Virus record (IMG/VR): IMGVR_UViG_2684623128_000006
Location: 1-64,000 of that record
DNA: 64,000 nt
Source of the DNA: a virus
Taxonomy: Duplodnaviria > Caudoviricetes
Strand: one strand, 5' to 3'
The translations under genes and the position numbers were made by a program. The stretch's first letter is position 1. Each line of letters starts with the position of its first letter. The notes under the pieces were generated by a model. That model was not told the DNA's origin. It made no database searches and saw only the letters and a list, made by a program, of their open reading frames with translations. Shown here in pieces: positions 57,586 through 64,000 of this stretch.

Positions 57586-60258
57586 TTACTCCATATCAGC
57601 GCTTTGACGCTGTAACGAACGGTCATCAAAGTTGAGAGGAATAGAGCCGCTAGCCTTAGTGGCTGACGCTGGCTTGTCTTTGCTTGAGCTGCCGCTAGGC
57701 GCTGCAAAGATAGTGGTCGGTTTGTTGTTATCACTGCCGCTAACCGCGCGCCCAATGGCATCCAGTGAATGTTTGCTAAGTTCCACGGTTTGAGGCTTGC
57801 CGCTCTCTTTGAGGTCTTTCATTGCTGCCTGTGCTTGCAGCTCGCTAACTCTCTCATTGCGTTGAATGGATGATTGAGTCGCAACCGTCTTATTCGAGGT
57901 GTTTTCGGTGTCCACTTTCACCACGGATTGAGTGTCCGTTTTCTGGTTACTTAGCTCGGTATTGATGGATGATTCATGGCTGGCTGTGGTCACGCTGTTG
58001 GTTTGCGTGTTGTTTGCAGCCTTGGTTAGTGCGGCTACGGCCTCAGCCTCTTTACGGCGTTTGATCTCCGCATCGACGGCGGCCACTTGTTCAGCTTTCT
58101 TATCTGGCGAGTAAACTTGGCCAAGCTCGGGATGCTCGACCATGCCGGACATATCCATGCCTGTTTCATTAGCCACTTGCACACGTTTGTCCTGGCTAAT
58201 ACGTTTTTCTCTTTCTACAGCTAAGTAAGCTTCTTTGTAGCTAATCCCTTGCTCGCTGGCCTTTTGCGATGCCTCTTGAGAGGTCACTTGAATTGAGTTT
58301 TTCGCATCAAGTTCGCGCATGGCTTGGCTATCATTGGATGTTTTAGCCGTGTGGTAGGCTTCGGCGTTCTTAAGGTGTTCTTCTTTCTCCGGTTGAGCTT
58401 TCTCAGCCTTAGAATCCTTAGCCTCTTTGTCGTCCTCAATCTCACCGCCAAATAGCTTGTAAATGCCTTTGGCCATATCGCCAGAATCAAAGGTCAACGC
58501 TTCCTTAGCGCCATCAAAACCGAACACCCCAAGCGCCGAACCAAGCAAACCAGCACCGCCACTGACTAGGCCACCCAAATCGAGCGCGTTTGCCAATGCC
58601 ATTGAGCTTTTCTGGCCAGTTGTCGCTTCTTGGCCATCTTTGAGATTGAACGTCTCTTTTTGTTTGTCTTGGTCAGTGAATCCGCTAAACGCATCGTAGG
58701 CCATTAAGGCCGGAGCAAGGAAAGGGATCGCCTTGCCAGCAACAGAGCCGATTTTAGACATACCTTTAAAGGCGGCACCCGCCATCGATACGCCCTTGTT
58801 GGCCACGTTTGAGGCTTTGCTGCCAATGCCTGACATTACCGATTTAACTCGGCCACGCTTACCGTCAGCTTTACGACCACGGCGGCGTTCAAACATATCG
58901 CCAACTAGGTCTAATAGGCCACCTTGGCCATCGTTCGCCACTGCTTTGGTTGCCGAAATCAGATCGTCGAGCTTATCTAGTACATCATCGAATTGGCGTT
59001 CACGATCAGCACTCGATTCATGGAGCACTTCAAGCATGTTTGCTCGGTAGCTCTGTTCTTTGGTGCTTTTGATCTCACTAGCTGTGCTTATCCGGCTAGG
59101 TTCACTCCCAACAAGATTGACAGGCACGTTACCCCTAGCACCATCACGGTTAGGTCGATCACTAGACGTAATTTGCGTTGAATGGCTTGTCTCGAACGAA
59201 TCTTTTGTCGCTGATAATTGTTCATGGCTAACTGTCTCTATGGCTGTGACGGCCTGACTGTCTGCCTCTGGCGCTTGCTTGCCTCGGGTAAAGAGTCGGC
59301 CTAGTTTCGATTCTTTTAGCTTGTCCTTGGTTGAGGTGGCCTTTTCGGTCACATCATCCAATGCTTCTTTAGCGTCTTGCCCTAAGTGATAAAGCTCTTT
59401 AGCGGAGTAGAAGAACGAACCACCAGCCGCAGCGCCAGCCGCATCGGTCGCGTCGTTTTCTTCCTGTAGGAACTCTTTCACGTTATTGATGGCCAGTTGC
59501 TTAAGGCTGGTGGCCACCTTGGCAAAAACGTTCTGGCTTTCCTTTTCCGTGTCGGTTTGCTTTTCAATTTGGCGCTCTAATGCGGTTTGCTGTGCGTTCT
59601 TGTAAGCCGATTGCTCTTGTTTACTCGCATAGCGACCATCGGAGCGTCGAAGCTTGCCGTTAGCGTCTTCCCAATAGCCCTCAAACTCTGCCAGTGCGTC
59701 AGAGACAGCCTTTTCTAACTTCTCTGGCACATCATCAAGGATTGAGGCATCCAAACCTTCAGAATTGAATTCTGGCGCTTCTACATTCACGACAACGGGC
59801 GCTTGTTTTACTGGCTCGCGCGCGTCCTCGCTTTTCAGCGTGTCAGCAATCGACTTTACGCCACTTACAGAGCTGCTTTGCTCGATCGCTTTGGCGTCCG
59901 GCTTGGCTTGTGTTTCTGCTGGCTGACTAGGCGCAAATGACAACTCAATTTCGCCTGTACGCTTGGTCTTGGTTGCACTTGGTTTAGGTGTGCCGCTTGA
60001 TTGTTGTTTTAATCCTTTTTGTAGATTAATGCTCGGAATGGTAGAGACGTTAAGAGAGGCATTGGAAACGCCCTTAGTTACCGCCTTTTCGATGCCCTTT
60101 GTATCCACTGCAAGGACGGCCTTTTGTTGGCTCGTTGGTAGAGTCTTGCCATCGAGTTTGCGACTAATCTCAGATAGCACGGTCAGCTCTTTGTCACTGG
60201 CTCGCTTCACTGCATCAACAACCAGTGAAAGATCAACCTCTTGTTGGTTTCTGTCCAT
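57586..60258 (-). CDS. sit: Sit-like tape-measure protein
   Basis: 890 aa, low-complexity/helical, ANALDLGGLVSGGAGLLGS; lies between pmgB and pmgA. Confidence 0.65.
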   Translation of the reverse strand: MDRNQQEVDLSLVVDAVKRASDKELTVLSEISRKLDGKTLPTSQQKAVLAVDTKGIEKAVTKGVSNASLNVSTIPSINLQKGLKQQSSGTPKPSATKTKRTGEIELSFAPSQPAETQAKPDAKAIEQSSSVSGVKSIADTLKSEDAREPVKQAPVVVNVEAPEFNSEGLDASILDDVPEKLEKAVSDALAEFEGYWEDANGKLRRSDGRYASKQEQSAYKNAQQTALERQIEKQTDTEKESQNVFAKVATSLKQLAINNVKEFLQEENDATDAAGAAAGGSFFYSAKELYHLGQDAKEALDDVTEKATSTKDKLKESKLGRLFTRGKQAPEADSQAVTAIETVSHEQLSATKDSFETSHSTQITSSDRPNRDGARGNVPVNLVGSEPSRISTASEIKSTKEQSYRANMLEVLHESSADRERQFDDVLDKLDDLISATKAVANDGQGGLLDLVGDMFERRRGRKADGKRGRVKSVMSGIGSKASNVANKGVSMAGAAFKGMSKIGSVAGKAIPFLAPALMAYDAFSGFTDQDKQKETFNLKDGQEATTGQKSSMALANALDLGGLVSGGAGLLGSALGVFGFDGAKEALTFDSGDMAKGIYKLFGGEIEDDKEAKDSKAEKAQPEKEEHLKNAEAYHTAKTSNDSQAMRELDAKNSIQVTSQEASQKASEQGISYKEAYLAVEREKRISQDKRVQVANETGMDMSGMVEHPELGQVYSPDKKAEQVAAVDAEIKRRKEAEAVAALTKAANNTQTNSVTTASHESSINTELSNQKTDTQSVVKVDTENTSNKTVATQSSIQRNERVSELQAQAAMKDLKESGKPQTVELSKHSLDAIGRAVSGSDNNKPTTIFAAPSGSSSKDKPASATKASGSIPLNFDDRSLQRQSADME

Positions 60259-60392
60259 TTTTCACCTTGTCTTGGAGCGCTTTATCTAGGCTTATGGCCA
60301 TCGTTTGAGGTGTTTTGAATACCGCATCGATAGGCTGGCCACCGTAGATCGTTAAGTTCTCAATCAGTACGTTCCAACCAACGTAATCAAAA
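60233..60392 (-). CDS. Start-less ORF, candidate frameshift extension of PmgB
   Basis: FDYVGWNVLIENLTIYGGQP.. in the +1 frame at TTT-TGA; overlaps the sit start. Confidence 0.5.
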
Positions 60393-61199
60393 CGTTGTAA
60401 TGAAGTCGTTATGCCGAAAGGGTAAGAGCAACGTTCGAGTTGCTTCACCTCCTTGCTCGATAACTTTCTGGCACTGCGGAATGGTGGCGACTAGGTAGTA
60501 ACGCCCCTCGTCGTACTTGGTGAGCAATCCGTGACGCGCATTGCGTAGGCACTTTTCAACCTTGGCAAAGGCCACACGAAATTCCGTGTTGAGGTACATC
60601 GATTTCAATAGGTCGATTTTCCACACTAGGGCATCGTCTTGGTCTTTGGGTTGATCTTCGAACGTTAGGCAGTAGGCCAGCTCAGTGAGCGCCATGTGAT
60701 TAGCTTGCTGCTTCCATTCAGCGCTGTCCGGTTCGTACTGGTCGCGCTCATTGCGAATGTTCTCAAGTTGCTCCGCTTCGTAACCGGTTAGTGGTTTCAC
60801 GTTCGCTAGGTATGACTTGCCTTTCACGCTTAAGGTGATCTCTTGTTTTGGCAATCCATTGAGCGCTTTGGCCGATTCCATTAGCTCGCCCATATTGAGA
60901 TCGAGATAGTGAGTTTCTTTGCAGTGCTCGCACTCATAGCTAAAGGGAATAGTGCCTAGCTCGCTGGTGGACATAAAAATCCACCACAATGCTGCGCGGC
61001 GATCTTCACCAGTCCATAGGCCGCTATCACTCATAGGGCGCTTACTGGTGTCTTGCATGTGGTTCAGATAGCGAGTTGTATTGGCTTCCTCTTGGTACTC
61101 GTTGAGGTCGCAGAACAATAGAGCGTCTTCCACGGTTGGGACTCGAAACTCAATCACTTCTGAAATGTTACTTGGTAGTGGAAATGATGGAATGTGCAT
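60387..61199 (-). CDS. pmgB: PmgB-like tail/baseplate assembly protein
   Basis: FPLPS..WTGEDRRAALWWIF..YECEHC. Confidence 0.7.
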   Translation of the reverse strand: MHIPSFPLPSNISEVIEFRVPTVEDALLFCDLNEYQEEANTTRYLNHMQDTSKRPMSDSGLWTGEDRRAALWWIFMSTSELGTIPFSYECEHCKETHYLDLNMGELMESAKALNGLPKQEITLSVKGKSYLANVKPLTGYEAEQLENIRNERDQYEPDSAEWKQQANHMALTELAYCLTFEDQPKDQDDALVWKIDLLKSMYLNTEFRVAFAKVEKCLRNARHGLLTKYDEGRYYLVATIPQCQKVIEQGGEATRTLLLPFRHNDFITTF

Positions 61200-61714
61200 T
61201 ACAGTACCTTGTTACCTACAGACATAAATTTTTGGAGAATGAGCGGGAATGACTGGATCTGGTTGCCGTTTTCGCGTGAAAACATCACGTTGCCAATCTT
61301 GGTAGGAAAGACTTGATAGCTCTTATAGAGTGACTTTTTTCCGTCCTCATTGAGCGTAAATATGTTGATTTTGAACACGTACTCTTTGGGGATGTTGAGT
61401 GTGCCGTCTTGGTTTCTGACTTTCTTGATTCGGCTTTCAAACCATTTAGAAACAGTCAGGTTTTGGTCATCACGAACCGTTAGCGTGATTTCGCCAACAC
61501 TGCTGTATGTAGGCAGCGCAATAGAGCCCGAACCGACTTGGAATGAATCCGCATCGATAGAGCCTGCACCAAAATCAATATCCTTTACGTAAATATCAAA
61601 GTCCGTTGGCGCGTCCGGCGAGTCGATTTCTACCGCCCATTGCCAGCCTTGCAGCCACGGCTTATTCATAAAGTTATTGGTCGCGCGTTTGGCGAGCTGC
61701 ATGTATGGATTCAT
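61199..61714 (-). CDS. Tail tube-like protein (P1 Tub-like)
   Basis: QGWQWAVEID, GEITLTVRDD, DGTLNIPKEY. Confidence 0.65.
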   Translation of the reverse strand: MNPYMQLAKRATNNFMNKPWLQGWQWAVEIDSPDAPTDFDIYVKDIDFGAGSIDADSFQVGSGSIALPTYSSVGEITLTVRDDQNLTVSKWFESRIKKVRNQDGTLNIPKEYVFKINIFTLNEDGKKSLYKSYQVFPTKIGNVMFSRENGNQIQSFPLILQKFMSVGNKVL

Positions 61715-61725
61715 GGCCACCTCGC

Positions 61726-62286
61726 TTAGAGCAACGATACTGGTGGAACAATGGCACGGTTCGCGCGCATTGAGTTTTCAATCTCGGCTTTACGTGCGGT
61801 TAGATCAGGTTCGGCAGCAATATCGGTCACATCCAACTTGCCAGCGATGGCAATACGGCGTTGACGCTCTGCGTTCGGGATAGTGATCAGCAATTCCAGA
61901 TAATCGCCAAGCAAGCTAATGCACGGCGTTGGAAGCTGGAATGAATCAAACGGCTCATTGAGTACGTTTTGCATGTACATCAATGTCAGTGGGAATGTTT
62001 CTGCGCCCGTTAATTTCAGTTCAAGAACGTCGCCCCAAACCTCACTACGCACATAACGGCCACGGTCATCTTTGACCACCAGCCTTGCAGCAAAGTCGGA
62101 CGGTAATTCAAACTGATTGTTATCGGCTAAGTCGCTTTGTTGGATGCGGGTTTTAGTGGTAAATCCGGCAATCTCTTGGTACTTGGCCAGCGCTTTACGC
62201 AATAGGCTTAACAGCGCCTTTTCGTCGTCGTGCAGCAAGATAGGGAATCTCGCTTTCACGTCTTCGAGTAGTTCAATCGGTGTCAT
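61726..62286 (-). CDS. pmgC: PmgC-like head-tail adaptor protein
   Basis: MTPIELLEDVKARF..LLRKALAKYQ..IPNAERQRR. Confidence 0.65.
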   Translation of the reverse strand: MTPIELLEDVKARFPILLHDDEKALLSLLRKALAKYQEIAGFTTKTRIQQSDLADNNQFELPSDFAARLVVKDDRGRYVRSEVWGDVLELKLTGAETFPLTLMYMQNVLNEPFDSFQLPTPCISLLGDYLELLITIPNAERQRRIAIAGKLDVTDIAAEPDLTARKAEIENSMRANRAIVPPVSLL

Positions 62287-62608
62287 GGCCGCTCCGGTAG
62301 TGGCGGCGCATTTTGAGATAGGGGATAGGCTTGGTGAATCTTAACTCAAACCAATAAGACGCGCGATTTAAACTTCGTTATTGTCGATGGACAGCAGAGA
62401 TTAAAACTTTTCTATCGTTTAGGTATTATTTCTACGTAACACGGTAGACTAGAAAGTGACACTAAAGATATGAAACTAACTTTTTGATATAAACGTGTTA
62501 GAACTGACTTAAATACGGTAGTGGGAGAAATAGTCGTGATCAGAGGCATGTAATGACAACCCGCCTGATTTCTGCATCAACTGGGCTGTCCATACTTTAA
62601 ACGATCAT

Positions 62609-63304
62609 CTATTGGTTTAGGAATGTACTCTTGATTGAAGGCAGGATATAACCGAGGTGATCATCCCGAACCCTTAAGCTACATGTTTTGGAAAGTTCAA
62701 AATCAACGGTATGTCCATCAACGTAAACTGAACTACTAAGTTTGTCTAGCTTATACTCCTTGCCTGCTATCAGCTTTTCCAGTGACTCAAATGCATCTTT
62801 TATGCTCGTTATTTCAATACTAGCTTTCGCTGTTTTATCTATAACTATGCGACTGACTTTTACTTTCCCAGTACCTTCGAGTTCAGCGTTGAGGTCACGT
62901 TCAAGTACGTCTTTGAAGGTTTTTAAGTTTAGTTCTGGATTACTAAAGCCAACCTGAAAATCAAATAGTCTTGTAAAGCAATCCAAAAAAGTCCTCGTTG
63001 ACTTAGGTGAATTGTAAATCACCATCAGTAGCTTATTTGTATCAAGAACCTCTATATGAAAACTAATATTCCTATAGGTAACGTATGATATCTCATCGAT
63101 GATATTACCAAATTGGTCATAAGTTTCATCGTTGAGCTCTACTCTTTCAGAGTATGTAGCGTGAAGAGCTTCCGATTCACTCAGTGACACGCCGTGAAAT
63201 GTAAAGCCATGCTGTTCATCAGACTGCTGCCTTAATTTCGACAGTATTTCTGAAACACTCTTTTTACTGTTTATCAGTAGTAACTTCAGCCTCTGACGAC
63301 TCAT
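62609..63304 (-). CDS. Hypothetical cargo protein
   Basis: 231 aa, AT-rich, overlaps the upstream gene. Confidence 0.65.
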   Translation of the reverse strand: MSRQRLKLLLINSKKSVSEILSKLRQQSDEQHGFTFHGVSLSESEALHATYSERVELNDETYDQFGNIIDEISYVTYRNISFHIEVLDTNKLLMVIYNSPKSTRTFLDCFTRLFDFQVGFSNPELNLKTFKDVLERDLNAELEGTGKVKVSRIVIDKTAKASIEITSIKDAFESLEKLIAGKEYKLDKLSSSVYVDGHTVDFELSKTCSLRVRDDHLGYILPSIKSTFLNQ

Positions 63305-63998
63305 TTTCGTCCTCCCCTAGAGTTTCTGCTACAATTTTATCAACTATTACACGTGCAGTGTCTTCGATGAGCCTAGATATCCGTAGCTCTTCTTCCATGT
63401 CCAATTTGGATGGGTTTTTGTTGTATTCGCCCTTGGCTTTATACTTAAATTTCCCCCTGGTTATGTAAGAGAAGTCCTCAAACGTTTCTGGTTTATCGAA
63501 CATCGCTTCCATTACATAGATATCTGAACCTACAAGCTCCTCTTCAAATTTCCATCTAATTTTGGAAATGTAAAAACCGCGATTATAGAATTCTTGAAGC
63601 TCATCGGACCGCAGTACGCCTTCACCCTTTAGTGAAGCTCTACTTATATGTATACCAAAGTCCCCGGATTGATCTTTCTCATCATCTGTTGACTTAGGGT
63701 GGAACACATAGACGTCCGTAACATCTATTGGTTTAAACCCGTCCATTGTATAAAGTAGATTTTGAAAGAACCTAGTACGAGCGATAGGGTCTTCTACAGA
63801 AGCTAGATTTATACGAGTTGAATCAAACCCCTGACCAGTCTCTTCTGCTGTCAATGAAACAGATTCTCGAATCGTTTTCTCGTATCCTTTTACTTTTGGA
63901 TTGTCTGGATATCTTACTGTGTAACCAGAATCCGTTTTCTCAATAGTAATTGTCGCTTCTTTCTTAACGATCTGCTTGAACTCAGACTTGGTATAGTC
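63264..63998 (-). CDS. Hypothetical cargo protein (5' truncated by the window edge)
   Basis: Frame is open to the window end (DYTKSEFKQIVKK...), AT-rich. Confidence 0.65.
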   Translation of the reverse strand, partial: DYTKSEFKQIVKKEATITIEKTDSGYTVRYPDNPKVKGYEKTIRESVSLTAEETGQGFDSTRINLASVEDPIARTRFFQNLLYTMDGFKPIDVTDVYVFHPKSTDDEKDQSGDFGIHISRASLKGEGVLRSDELQEFYNRGFYISKIRWKFEEELVGSDIYVMEAMFDKPETFEDFSYITRGKFKYKAKGEYNKNPSKLDMEEELRISRLIEDTARVIVDKIVAETLGEDENESSEAEVTTDKQ

Positions 63999-64000
63999 AG

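Noticed and set aside
57586-60258. Loss of the lytic transglycosylase domain from Sit
   Set aside because: No SLT motif was recognised, but absence cannot be established without a profile search

Overview
This window is about 64 kb of a P1-like temperate phage-plasmid, most likely from Vibrio (the SSB is Vibrio-type). It carries a lox-like site with a tyrosine recombinase, a C1-like repressor with about 16 dispersed asymmetric operators (ATTCCGAACAC), pacA/pacB terminase, early genes (Dam-type MTase, two HU/IHF genes, VRR-NUC, SSB), a Rep_3 iteron replicon and a second antisense-RNA-associated replication gene. It also has pro/prt, the antirestriction cluster (darB, ulx, a very large darA, hdf, ddrA, truncated ddrB), parAB with 14 dispersed palindromic parS-like sites, lydAB, and tail-fibre, baseplate, tape-measure and tube genes. 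The most striking locus is at 39.7-41.7 kb: an IS200/IS605-type shell lacking tnpA and carrying a complete C4-type antisense-RNA switch, an 89-aa ORF and an intact tnpB whose guide is derived from the phage ddrB gene. Other notable items are a TisB/DinQ-like type I toxin next to the origin, a microcin-like toxin/immunity pair, a C1-operator-controlled structured RNA, a candidate late-promoter motif, a +1 shifty-stop before the tape-measure gene and cargo genes (PAS-PAS chemoreceptor, low-GC operon at the sim position). All homology calls come from motif recognition, recalled P1 sequences and gene order, not from database searches.
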